Source of the DNA: the human T2T-CHM13v2.0 reference genome, Homo sapiens
Assembly: GCF_009914755.1 (NCBI RefSeq)
Contig: NC_060939.1
Reading direction: 5' to 3' (one strand)
Length of the DNA stretch: 64,000 bases
This document shows positions 14,105 through 27,229 of the stretch, one piece after another. The notes beneath the pieces were generated by a model, which did not search any database, was not told the DNA's origin, and saw nothing but the letters and a program-made list of their open reading frames with translations. Every line of letters begins with the position of its first letter. Position 1 is the stretch's first letter. Both the position numbers and the translations under genes were made by a program.

Positions 14105-17100
14105 TTAAATTTGGAAATGTTATTTCCAACTATACCACTTCACAAGCCATTTCATTACCTGCCATTTCAAATTTTATGTCCATATCATAATATTGCTCCT
14201 TGCTTACAGAAGTTGCTTCACATGCTAGATACGAAAGTCACAGGGGCAACTGGGACTTAGTAGCTGGTGTTAAAGAAAAAGTAAAAAAGGCCTGGAAACA
14301 TTCCAACATGAGGTCCAACCTGCATTCTTAAGAGGCTCCAAGGCAAAGAAAATTAGGACTTCCCTTCCACTTCCAGGTGCATTTAATGTTCATTTAAACT
14401 CTTTTGGTGACATTTTCCTTATTGAATATTGTTCTAAATTAATTTTACGTTTATTCGATTTTACTTGAAGTAAAATACTGTGGGGAGTGGGATTTGTTGA
14501 AACACTACAATATGATGTGTCCATTTCTGTTCTTCCCTAGAATGACTCTGAAATATCTTCTGGAAGCTTTTGCAGATATATAATGTGGATGTAATTTCTC
14601 ATTTCCATTATCTCCAACAAGGCAGCTGGAACCATCACCAATGGGGCCTGATGACTATGTTTCAATAAGCCCTTACTTTTCTACAAAAAGATGAGGATCC
14701 TAAAATGGTGTTATCTCAAATCATTTCACAAGTATTGCTAGAGAACTCCAAAAGACAGACAGCAGGGTTTTTTGTTTGTCTGTCTTAACAATGTAACTGT
14801 TTCATGTCATCAGCCACGGTAGCATGCTTAGAAGTTCTCACTGCATCTTAGTGGGCGCATGACTTTTGGAGGTCCTTCCGTTTTTCGGAACCACCTCTTT
14901 TCTGTAGTCTTTTCACCGAATGTGCCTGCCTTGCTGACCTTGGGACACTCCCACATGGAAAACTACAGGTAGAAAATGTTTGATAAAAGGGAGTACGATT
15001 CAAAAAGATGGGGTGCCATGGACACACATGGATTGAACATATTCTAAGCTTACAAGGCAGAAATGAATAAGTGGAAATCGAATAGGCTAATCGACCAAGC
15101 GTAGTGCAAGCAAATACTGTAAGAGTTGGAACCCTGAGTCCACAGCGGTGTGCCGCTGCCAGGAAAGTCTTGAAGAAGGGAAGAGAACTACATAAAAGGA
15201 GAGAAAGAGCATTGTAAGCATTGAGAAAGGCATTGCTTCATTGTGACATTTTTTTTTTTGTTTTTTTTTTAATGAAGCCTTCCTGTTTCAGTTTGGCATA
15301 TTTAACTTGTCTGAAATTTCCCTCTGCAGGATTTATATGATTAGCACCTTTTCCTAACTTCTTGCTGGACTTAGGCAGAGGTGGCTGAAGAAGGAAACAA
15401 GTCAAAACCAGAGTCAACTGCTTTGAAAATCTCTTCTTATTGTTTCTCTAGGTTTGTTTAGATCCCATAAGATAGGCAATTGTTACATCTTATGACAGCT
15501 TTCCTGAGCTTTTTAGGTATAACTTTGTACCCATGAAACCTTCAAATTGTTTGTGTGGTGTCTACATTTCCCAACAAGGAAAAGGATCTACACTTGCAGA
15601 TTTTAAGCATCTTGGATATTTAAAAATTCTCAGGGTATTTGTGTGAAATTGGTAAGGAATTCTGCGGGGAAAGAGGAAAACTGCCTCACAGATGAACCTG
15701 CCCTCCTGGGAGTTCCAAGTGCAAACAGCAGTAGGATTCAGAATCTTAACTTTTTTTTCGCATTGCAAGAAGCCCCCAAATTTATATGCCAGAATGTATC
15801 TAGGTTAGTACGTATATTTGGCCAAGGTACTCAGGGCCCTGCTAAATTCCCCAATGTTTTTAGAGTCAGTAAACTTTTCAGATCTTGGGTGCTAATTTGT
15901 ATCATTTGCAAAAACAACCGCGAAAGCTATTTGGTGCTTGCAATGCAATTACTACTAAAGAGGTTTTGGGGTATTCTCATTAAACTGCGTCCCAGATGTT
16001 TTTGCCCTCGTGATTTGTGTTGATCTGTTCTTTGTCAGTTCTAATTATCGATCAAGATGAATGAATTAGTCATCCACTCGGTGAAAAGCCTCTTTATGCA
16101 TATGATTGAGACCCAAGCTAAAGGATCCTTCAGAGGTATCTGTCCAGTCTTGGAATGGACCATTTCCTCTGCATGTGTGCACAAACAGTGGAACGGCATT
16201 GCTGTCTTTTTCTCGAATACATTTGTTGGGGATGTACATATAATTTGTGGTACGTGTGTGTGCACGTAAATAAGCATGCAGAAAGATAGTCGCACATTTC
16301 TGGACTGACTGTACATCTATACGTAACCCCTCCCTCTTCTAGTACAATATTTTATATTTGAAGGCTTTCATGTGAATAACATTTCCACGGGGAAATCTCT
16401 AATCGCTGAGCTAGGAGAAAAACAGTGCCCTAGGAATCCGATTACAATATTTTAGTATGCTCACTTCCCTTGGAGTTGCGACCGGTATGCTCTTAACAGA
16501 GATACAAACTACCCAGTGGGCACTCAGTACACCTCACAAGGGATTAAGGCACCTTGTGAATATGCATTACCTCGGCTGCCTGCTGTGTCGGCGGGCATGC
16601 TGGCCATCAGCATTCGCTAAAGCAATGCTGGCAGTATCACTCTGGCATGATGCCACCACATATGAAATGTGTGTGTCTTTTATTAGTTCCTCCCAATGCT
16701 CTTGGGAACACGTTGGCCATCTAACAAAGATTCTTTGAACTGGGAATTCAAATGGATTTGGATAGGCAAAAAATGTCTGTCTGGGAGGCAGATGGAGGAG
16801 GAAATAGCAGCAAGCAGCAGGTATAGTAATTTGTTAGCAAATGCCGATGCTTCCACTCATCAATGTATATTACAAAGGGGGAGAGGAGCCTTTATTTCTG
16901 CAGTGACAGCAGGTGACATCACCTATCCCAACTAAAGGAAATGTGACTGAAAATTGTGTGTGTTGAAAATGGAGAAATTAAATCTCCTTCATTGAAGATA
17001 TATGATAAGCATCTTCATTGTGTTCATTGGAGTCTGATTGTGTGTGTATTTGTGTGTTGTGTTTCTATACATCACACACCCACACCCACACACACACAAA

Positions 17101-17444
17101 CACGCCTATTCTCCAGATATCTGGGACACTTAACCAAAGAATTGTCATTCATGTACACTGACACTAATTTTTTTAAAAAACTATTTTTAGCATTTGGAAG
17201 ATAGCTCTGGGGGAATCTTGCAGTCCTACAAACACATCCTTGGGATGTTAATTTGCCTTCAGGAATGGATGAAGCAGGCTGCACCTCTTCATGAAGGCCA
17301 CCACTGGTGAGCCATTTTTCAGTATATAAAAATGTTTGTCTGTTTGGTTTCCAATTAGCTGAGAGGCAAACCCTTCCCCTGATATCAGACAGAGCCTCTG
17401 TGACTGCCACAGAACAGTTTTCTTACTGTCCCTTTAAAAAGGCC

Positions 17445-18380
17445 AGGGAACTTTGGCAATGAGCCTCAAGAAGCCTGCAAAAGGGCCAGGTGCAATGACT
17501 CATGCAGGTAATCCCAGCACTTTGGGAGGCCAAGGCATGTGGATTGCCTGAGACCAGGAGTTCAAGACCAGCCTGGGCAGCATGGCAAAACCCCATCTCT
17601 ACTAAAAATACAAAAAAATGACCCGGGCATGGTGGCACAAACCTGTGGTCCCAGCTACTCAGGAGGCTGAGGTGGGAGGATCACCTGAGCCCAGGAGGGT
17701 GAGGCTGCTGTAAGCTGAGATCACAGCACTGCACTCCAGCCTGGGCAATCGGAGCGAGAGCCTGTCTCAAGAAAAAAAAGAAAAAAAAAAAGCCTTAAAA
17801 AGTTTATACCCTTTGACCCATCTCTATCCCTTCTAGGAGCCTTTTGTAAAGAAACTAGCCTACATACCTAAAAATGTTTATGCATTTATGTTAGTTACAG
17901 CCTTAATAATAACAGTGAAAAATTGGAAAGAGATTCCCTTATTTTGACTCATTTAGGTTAAGTAAACTATGCTATATCCAGTGAATTATCATACATCTGT
18001 TAAATACATTTACAAAGATATGAAATATATTTACAAGCTTATATTTATAAATATATTTATAAATATATGTTTATATACTATAATTATTAATGTATTAGTA
18101 TGTTCATTATTATATAAATATAATACGGTTAAGTGCATTTACAAATTTATATTAACAAGAGAAATATGTATGTTATAATGTTAAATTAAAATTGCATCTC
18201 TGGTCATTAGGGGGAAGCAGTTTCTAGTATGTTGGAAAAAATTTACACCTTATATAAAGGAATGACTGGAAGTCAGTGTACCAGTTTTGTCTCTAAGTGT
18301 GAAACTATGATTGAGTTTCCCCCTTCCCTCTACTTTTCTACAGTGTCCAAATAATCTGTGCACAATGAGTGGTGATTATA
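17445..18380 (+). mobile_element. L1ME 3' fragment interrupted by AluJ, with AT-rich tract ~18000-18190
   Basis: ctttggcaat...ataccctttgacccat...ttctagga...ggttaagtaaactatg. Confidence 0.6.
17484..17791 (+). mobile_element. AluJb
   Basis: ggaggatcacctgagcccagg; degenerate TSD aagcct..aaaag. Confidence 0.92.
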
Positions 18381-19712
18381 ATATGGAAGTAAAGTTTAAT
18401 TTTGGAACTAAATGGGCAAGGATATTTGCCTCTATTGCGAGAGGTGGGCAGCAGACAGACTGGAGGAGTTTTGATCTATTATTTGGTAACTCCATATAAG
18501 TCACATTCCTTTTAGGGCTGGGGTTGGGTCTGGGTGTGGTGGCAGCTCAAGGAAATCATCTTTCTATTTCTAACTCTGAATTAGTTTTCCATATGGGGTG
18601 AGGGATGGAGAACATCCAGTCGGAGCGAAAATTCTCAGAGAGATGCCCATAGGTCATTCTATGAGATAGGAACATAAGAACCTTCTTCGCCAGTCGTTTA
18701 AGAGCTCCACTTGCCTGTAGGTGAGAAGATGACACCCATGAGGAAAAGACAGGCAGGGAGCTGGCAGGGAAGGAGGCCAAGCAGTGGACCAGTGGAGTGG
18801 TGGGGCTTGGGGCATGGCTAGGAAGCAGCTAGCCTGGACTTGAGAAGTTTGACAGTTTTATATGTTTCTTATACTTCTTTTGTTCATTTCCTTTTGGCTT
18901 TCCCTTGGCATCTGATAACTGGCTTTAAGACCAGTCTCTCTCGAGCTATTGCCTGTGCTGTAACCAGAGAGTTGAGGCAGGACAGGTGGCAGGAACTGCA
19001 GACCAAATGCGCTTAGCCTCTGCCTGTCCTTTTGGAGGAAGCCAAAACTCATGGCTGTTTATATTGTCATCATTTGGTTAAGGCCAAAAGACCATTTTCA
19101 GATGTCTTTTAAGTTACTTTTTAATTTATACTTAAAATTACATAGCCATATTTTGCTAGAGAACAAAAAGTATATTCATAACTTGAAGTCTGAATTTTTG
19201 CTTAAGTTTGCGTCAAACTTGCAGAAGTCACTCGTCAAATCCTAATGGAAGTGTCCTAAAGACCATGTCTACAAGGGGTTGAATCCTTGGCTGACGCTTT
19301 GAGGTGTCACCTGCGCTGACACCACTGTGGCCTCCTGATTTGGGCCAGGGCCTCACCTCCTCTTGTGGGCACTACCTTTATAGCTCCCCTTCTCTGGGTT
19401 AATTTCTGATGAATTCTTACCAGCTTGCTGCTTGTCACCTGATTGTCAGAGTCGCAATGATTGGATGGAAACGCAAAATACAGGGAATCATGCAACCCCC
19501 TTTGATCAGGAGTCAGACCTCTCTCTCCCACCCCATCCTACCCTTGAAAAAAAAAGAGGCACACTGCGTAAGAAAATACATCAAGGCGATATAAAACAAG
19601 AGAGTGTGGGGGCAGGAGTGTAGTGATTTAAGCTTTTCAGAAACTATTTTTCAGAACAAAAGACTGGCAATAAGGAAAAAATTTAATTGTACATGACAGT
19701 AAAAGCAAAACT

Positions 19713-20042
<330 letters not shown>

Positions 20043-21429
20043 TTACTTTCACATTTTAAAAATAATCCAGAATTTAAATGACAAGGGAATTTATAAAATT
20101 ATATGTATGTGTGTATATATACTTATATTTATTTATTTATAGGTGTGACTCCACAATTCAGCAACTGCTGTGCTGCCTACTACAAATCACAGCTCATTTT
20201 AAAGCCTTAACTTAGTGTTAAATAAGAGGCGAGAGTTAATTTAGGGAGCGATTACAGTGGAGGCGTCTTAGAGCAACAGTCATTGCGGCACAATTAGTCT
20301 TCAATTTGTAATTGAGAGTAACTCCCACAGGACTAACTCAATGATGAATTTCAAATAAGGAGACTTCAAAACTATGAGGAAAAATGGCTAATTACAAGCT
20401 AAGGGAAAAGGGAAGGTGGTGAAAGAAAAGAAGTTGAATCTATACGATTTGACTGGTGATTCCTTAAAATCCGGAATTGCCAGAAGGCTTTGCAATTGCA
20501 GTCAGCAGAGCCACATGCAGAGTAGAAATAGGAAAAAAAAGCCAATATAGGAATTGGCGATTGGCAGAATACACACTGCGGCCCACTGTTGATGGGAAAG
20601 GCTTTGGTCTAAACATGGACAAAGATCAGGCATTATGTGTGCCACTGGCCTAAAAAGTACTTTGCCTTTGGTTAAAGGTATGTGGCAAGGATCAAAGAGA
20701 GAGGCTTCAGCTTTGCCCATTCTGGAGCTAAGCAAGCCCATATACAGCTGTGGGCTGGGCCAGTGCGGAAACAGCCTTTTGAAACAGCCAGCACACTGTT
20801 GAGGGGGGTCTCAGCTCTGAGGCTTCCCAACCAGCATCATACAGGCTATTCACAGAGAGCCCTGCCACAGGCTTTTGTCAGCTGCTCCTCTGGCATCCAA
20901 GGCAGAGGACCAACTTGCAGCTCCTCTTTCTGCTTCCCAACATTTTACAGGGTTGGGGAAGCTGCCTTTACTTCCAACTCAGTGGCAGAGAGCAGAGGGC
21001 ATTTTCCACTCAGGAATGCGCCCAAGAATGAAGACCTTACTGTTGGTGACGCCACCCCACTGCTCCCTCTTCTGATTTTCCAGTGGCTCCAGCCATGGAT
21101 AACCTTATGAGGAAAGACTTTGACAACTCATTTACCCCTAGGGTGCCCACCATTCAGAGTGGGTGCAGGACCTGTGCCTTGGCCAGAGCATCTGTAGAAG
21201 CCTCCATTGTAAATAGCCAGAGCTCCAGAAAGTACAACCTGAGGCAGCCCCCTTCTTGTTTTGCGTAAATCCAAATAAATCAATACCTACTCTCCACCCA
21301 AGAATCTCATTTTGCTCGGAGACACCCACTCCCAAAGAAAACAGGACAATATTTCTTGCGGTAGCCTTGGGATCTATAAAGGGCTGTGCTTCGCTTTAGT
21401 GTGCTGTCCACCTGCTGTGACTATTTTGT

Positions 21430-21925
21430 GTTTTGCTTCTAGTAGCAGAGCCCCTGTTCCACTAGTAATGAGGTTTACCCCTCCCAGTGAGTGACGGGCA
21501 TGACTCAGCCCTACAAGAATTCCCCATTCCCTTTGCCACTGTGATTGTTTCAGGGATAAGCACACAATCCAAGCAGGGCCATATTGTCGCTATAAGACCT
21601 TTTTATATGGATGCTAGGAAAAAGAGGACATCTTCTTTGCTCGGGTCATGAGATGTAAGGACTGAGTAAGCCAAGACCCACTGGGAGCCATTTTTTTCTC
21701 TCATGTGAAAAAAACCTGACTTAGAGTGAAGCCAAACCAAAGGAATCAGAAGTGAGAGCTGAAGACAGACAAAACCCTGAAAACATTATTGAGACTCAGG
21801 ATCCACCCATGCCTGAAGCCAGTGAGTGCACTCCTTGACTTCCAGCTACTTTAGCTAAAGCCTTGCTTTTTGGCTCAAGCTACTTTGAGTTGAACTTCTG
21901 TCACTTATAAACAATGAGAGTCTAG
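21430..21925 (+). mobile_element. MLT1K-like MaLR LTR
   Basis: gccactgtgattgtttcagggataagcac...cccatgcctgaagcc...tttgagttgaacttctgtcacttataa. Confidence 0.7.
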
Positions 21926-22316
21926 GCTTACATCAAAGAGAGAATGGGGTCCACATTAGATTTTGCAACAGGCCCAATTTGTATAGCTATATAACCCACT
22001 GGGCCATATATTCCTACAGAAACTCACATGTAGTTTGGAGAAAGGGAATAATGGAGATCTTTAACCAAATTGTCTTGTGCTATAGTCAGGCTTGGGAAAG
22101 CAGTTTGTCTGATAGGCTGTGTGTTCCTTGATGGCAGGAATTACATTTATCTACTAGTTTTCCCAGAACCTAGTAGATGCTCAGAAATTTGGCTGACTTG
22201 ATTTTACTTCTCACAGGTGACACCATGATGTTAGAGCTGATGAAGCAATAACTACAGTAAATTTAGTTCTTTTTACTGAGTTTCCTCTGTGTGAAGGCAG
22301 TCCAGAATTTTCAGTG

Positions 22317-22740
22317 TGTCTTAGATTGGGTTTCTCTGAAAGCAAACCCTGTAACAAAGACTTGGGTGCAGACTGTTTGTTTGGAAGAAGAGAATGAAAA
22401 GAGAGAGGAGCCAACAAAGGGTGGGTTAATGTGCTAGTTACTGCTGCAGGCAACTGGGCTCACGCCACTGCAGACCTTCTGAGGATCATGCAGAGCAAGC
22501 CTCAGAAACACTAAGCCTCAGAAACAGCAAGCCTCCCACACTAAGATGGGAGGCTGGGGCATTCACCAACAGACACATGATCCACATTGACTGAGTGGTA
22601 TCTTCCAGAGTATAACCTTTCATCCCCCAACACACACACCCACTGTGGATTACATCTGTGCATGGCTGAGTGGCCTGCACCTTAGAGAATGTTGAGCAGA
22701 AATTGCAGTACGTATAATGGTGTATGGAAGAGTCTGCTAC
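22317..22740 (-). mobile_element. LTR16-family (ERVL) LTR
   Basis: tgtcttagattgggtttctctgaaagcaaaccctg...gacttgggtgcagactgtttgtttgg. Confidence 0.7.
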
Positions 22741-22989
22741 AAATATGTGAAACCAGACAACCCAGGGGATACAGTGTGGTGAGCAAGCATCAACTATAGG
22801 TAGTCAATATTCCTAATAACATTTGGAGTTCAGATACCTAGAAAGGTAAGAAAGGTATATGGCATTATTGGTGGTATTCTTGGAAGAAAGACATTCGGCT
22901 ATTTCTTGGCATTAGAAACACCATTTGTACAGTAAATCTTGAGAAGTGTCCACATGAGCATGTGTGACTGCATGCATTCAAGTGTTCAA

Positions 22990-23095
22990 ATGGCACAAGC
23001 TTCATGAGAACAAGGCCTCTGTCAGTTTTAGCTCATTGGTGTATCTCATTGTAGAACACAGTTCCTAGAACGCAGTATATGCTGAAGATAACTTA
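22990..23095 (+). mobile_element. L2 3' end
   Basis: aagcttcatgagaacaagg...gtatctc...tagaacacagttcctag...cagta. Confidence 0.55.
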
Positions 23096-23184
23096 TAGTC
23101 TGGTGGGGAGATTTGTTGTGAATGTTAAAAGAAGTATTGCTTGGGGACTATGTATTATTTCTAAATAATTTCGAATTGGAAATT

Positions 23185-23700
23185 GCAGTTTGGCAATTTC
23201 CATAAAAATCTGACCTAAAAAAAACAATTTCTAGGAAAATATCCTATAACTGTGAGAATATCCTGCAGCCATATGTGTCCATAGGCACAAAGAAGTGCAT
23301 AGAAGTGCTACACAATTCTGTGCAGCACTGTGTAACTGCAAAGAATTAAAAGCACCTGAAGTGCCCACAATAGAGGTTTGGTTAAGTAAATTAAGGTAAA
23401 ACCACACTATGTAACACTATGCACGTGTTAAGAAAATTGAGGCAGGTTATAGTACTAATATGGAACACTCCTAAGATACACTGCTAACCTTTTAGGTGCT
23501 GAACAGTGTGGATAGTATTATGTCGCTTGTGGGGTATGTATATGTGTTTGTATGTGAGCTGAATACCTCTGGAGGGACACAGAAGAATCTAGTAACAGTA
23601 GCCTCTAGAGAGAGGAGCTGGGGTCTAGGGACAGAGGTAAAAGGGAGACCACCTGTTTGGTAGTGTTTTAATTTTGTTTACCATGCATATATATTACTAA
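23185..23700 (+). mobile_element. L1ME4-like 3' end followed by a (TGGA)n-like tract to ~23780
   Basis: gcagtttggcaat...ggtttggttaagtaaattaaggta...ctctggagggacacagaagaa. Confidence 0.7.
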
Positions 23701-23916
23701 TTGGATAAGTAGAGGATGGATGATTGGATGAATGGACAGATGAATGGATAGAGACAGAGATAAAGCCAGTAGAGAATGATGGTTGTTACATGAAATAAGA
23801 GCAAGAAACAATTTGCTCAGCCTTTACATAAAACCTGTAATCAAGATTACATTTATTCAACACAATCTGTGTATGCCTTATAAATCAGCAGTAAAAACAG
23901 TAGAAGCTATCCTGTT

Positions 23917-24221
23917 GGCCGGGCTTAGTGGCTCATGCCTGTATTCCCAGCACTTTGGGAGGCCTAGATGGGATGATTGCTTGACCCCAGGAATTCAAGA
24001 CAAGCCTGGGCAAGATGGCCAGACCCCGTCTCTGCAAAAACTGAAAAAATTATCCAGGCATGGGGGCACGTGCCTGTTGTCCCAGCTACTCGGGAGGCTA
24101 AAGTGGGAGGATGGCTTGAGTTGGGAATTTGAGGCTGCAGTGAGCTATGATTGCACCACTGCACTTCAGCCTGGGTGACAAAAGAGAGACCTTGTCTCTA
24201 AACATATCAAAAACAAAAAAC
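23917..24221 (+). mobile_element. AluJ (Jo/Jr)
   Basis: ggaggatggcttgag...tttgaggctgcagtgagctatgatt. Confidence 0.92.
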
Positions 24222-24239
24222 TTTGTATCTTATGTAAGT

Positions 24240-24418
24240 TACTTCATTTATTCTGCACGCCACCATCACAGAGCAACATGTTATTGTACGTAAACCTATA
24301 CCTTACTCACAGATGAATAAATTGAAGTTCAGAGAGGGGGAATAACTCACCCAAGGACACACAATTTATAAGACACAGTCATCCAGTTTTGAATTCAGGC
24401 TTGCTGATTACAAAGCCA
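24240..24418 (-). mobile_element. MIR
   Basis: cacagatgaataaattgaagttcagagagg...ctcacccaaggacacaca. Confidence 0.65.
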
Positions 24419-25329
24419 ATTAGTTATCACTGACTAAAATCAATGGTGATATTGCAGAAAATTACAATTTTATACAAAGTGGACTTTGGCTATTGGCAAG
24501 CTTTGAAAAAATGTGTCCAACAGCGTTCTCTCCACGTTTTGTTTTTCACTAAATAAAAGTCATCGATTCATTTCAGACTTATTTTGAAGGTCAGGAAAGT
24601 TATTCATTCATCGTCCCTAAATGTCCAGATCCACAATACACAAAATAAACTTCTTCAATAAAGTTCGCCCAGCTCCCCATTAATTCCACTCCAATTTCAC
24701 CTTCTGGGAAAGCCTGGAGACTGGCTGGCGAGGAGGCTGGTCCCTCTTTGCTGTGGAGGTCCTATGCTGATCCTAACACAACGCCCAGGCCCCACACTGC
24801 TGAAAGTGGTTGCTGCCAGCCAGACGGCTAATCATCATTATTTCCTGGAAAGGCCCTCTGAGACCTTGAGCATAAAAGAGCCTATTTCAAACCGGAGGAT
24901 GCTCTCTGGTCCGTACGGTACCCACAGGGACACAGCAGTAGTTGCAGTATCAAGAAGCTACTGACATGGATCTGAAATGACTTTTATAACAGCGGCAACA
25001 AAAAAAGGCCTCAGCTGCCTCTAGGAACGCATCTAACAACATCACACCATCACCCTCGGCATCGACACTAGCTCAATTACTGGGCTCACCTGAGCTCTGC
25101 AGTGGGCAGCTGCATCCCGGGGCTCCTGCTCTGGGTTACCCCCTTTCTGTATTTTGGACACCCTAAATTGCTTTGGCAGCGAGTTAGCTAGCTGCGCCAC
25201 ATAAACATTGTTCTTCAGGACTGGGTCACTTTTAACATAAGCTACCAAAACCTGCCTAAATGTTACTTCAAGCAAGTAACTGAGTACAATGCTTTTGAAG
25301 AAAAAACAATTTTTTTGGCTTAGCAACAG

Positions 25330-25730
25330 TACGTGTTCTTGGGAAGCAACTGTGAATATTCAAATACTGTAATTGGAGATGATTTACCTTGTTTTGAATT
25401 AACTAAAATTCCATTGTTAAGCACAAATACTGCTCCACTAAATCATCATGCTTTAATAGGTCCACGTGAGCAGGTTACCGAGCGCATTAGGATTTATAAC
25501 GCTCCTGGGAAGCTGACCACTGTATTACGCTTCCTGCTGCTAGGTAATATGCATGACACATTTCTGGACACTAATTCATTTATTTAATAGTAACAGCATG
25601 CAAAAACAGAGTTCAAAATGAGGCTGACAAAGGAGGTATAAAAGTTTTATTAATCCATAGCTAATCAAAGGCCAGCGGAAGGCATACAATGGTGGCATTT
25701 ACAGACCATATCGAATGTGAATAAATTAAA
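25330..25730. promoter_or_regulatory. Candidate conserved enhancer
   Basis: Repeat-free with retained CpGs. Motifs: SOX-like cattgtt/acaatgg, E-box cacgtg, TCF/LEF-like atcaaag, taatcc, ttttatta. Motif inference only. Confidence 0.35.
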
Positions 25731-26459
25731 TTTTTGTTTCCTAAAATCTTACTAATAGGATATATTCGACTTGAAACATTTATACTTTTAATTACAGAGG
25801 CAGGCAATTTGGAGCTGGTTTCTAGCTGCACTTTCCTTAAAAGCTACAACTTTGCATCAAGGATCAACACAAATCCTGTCATCAGCTATCGTCTCAAACA
25901 TGATCAATTACAACACAAGTGGCCTCATGCCAAATATTGCAATGTTGTTTATTTCATTGCTGGTTTAATTATACTCTGTCAATCATTACAAAGTTATTTT
26001 TCTCTGAAAGACAAGGAGTATCTACTTTATTGTTATCCTATCACCCTGGTTACTACACAAAGCACATAAACAGGTAGCATAATGCCTCTTACGGGAAACC
26101 TTTTTTACAGTTTGATGGCTCAGTTATTCAACAAATCAGAGCAAAGCAAAAAAGAGTTTGAAGTACAAGCAAAGGAGACCATTAGGAAAGACCAAGAAAC
26201 CCTGAAGTGCGTGGGAAGAATCCTTCTCTTGGCTTAGTTCAGTGGCATATTTTGGGAGAATATTTGCTCAACATTTCTAAGTCAAAACAAAAGGAAATGA
26301 AGGCATCTGAAATATAAACCTCTCCGTATTCCAGAATTCTAAGCACATTCTATTGCTCAGAGAATTTTGTAGCGATCAGATAGTTCTAACATAATAACCT
26401 TGTATGAATATTTTTCTCATATTGAAGGTGAGAAAGAGATCACAGAATTTTCCATGGCA

Positions 26460-26760
26460 ATATTTTCCTGAGTGTATTTTGCAGCAGATAAGCTAAAGAG
26501 GTTTTGGAGATTAGGAGGTTTAATATTAAAGAAGGGTTCCATGGTCAAATGAGTTTGGGGAATGCCGGATTAAACAACGCTGTGTAAACATGTATCTTTA
26601 AGTAGGTTTCCTCAGTGTCTTTAATATGCTAATGGACAATGTGAAACTACAAGAGGAGAATATGGTATGAGGCATTTCCCATATTTATTTGATTGTGGAA
26701 TTTTTGCTGAAAAGAATAAAGACCAATGTATCCCAAAATACAATTTAGGAAATACCAACA
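26460..26760. mobile_element. MER103C-like DNA element
   Basis: gggttccatggtcaaatgagtttggggaatgc...ctttaatatgctaatg...gcatttcccatatttatttga. Confidence 0.75.
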
Positions 26761-27229
26761 TAAGGCATATCATCTTACGTTGACAATCAGGGCATACCAA
26801 TGGATCTCACATCTTCCCTGGTAGGTCTCTAGATGTTGCCCCCACCATCGCTCTCTGCTACCTATTGATAGAAGCCCACCCAACATTTTTCCCTCAGGGA
26901 CTTCACAGTCAGCTTGAAAATCCACACACAAACTTCTAACACTGATCTCATAGCCCTTAACCCAGAAGATTCTGGAAATACCTGTTAGTCTTCTGTACTT
27001 TATCTCTAATAAAGTACAAAAGATGGGCATTTGGATTTATTTTATATACTCAGGACAATAGGCCTGAAAAGGTGGTAAATATTTTTTGGTCATTGCAAGG
27101 TTTACAAAAATCTCTAACATTGTTTAACCAGGCACATACGGGAATCAGACAAAAAATTAACAGCCCCCACCCCTAGATCACAGTTGTATTTTCACACTGT
27201 TGGATGTTATTCATTCAGAAGAGCACTGG

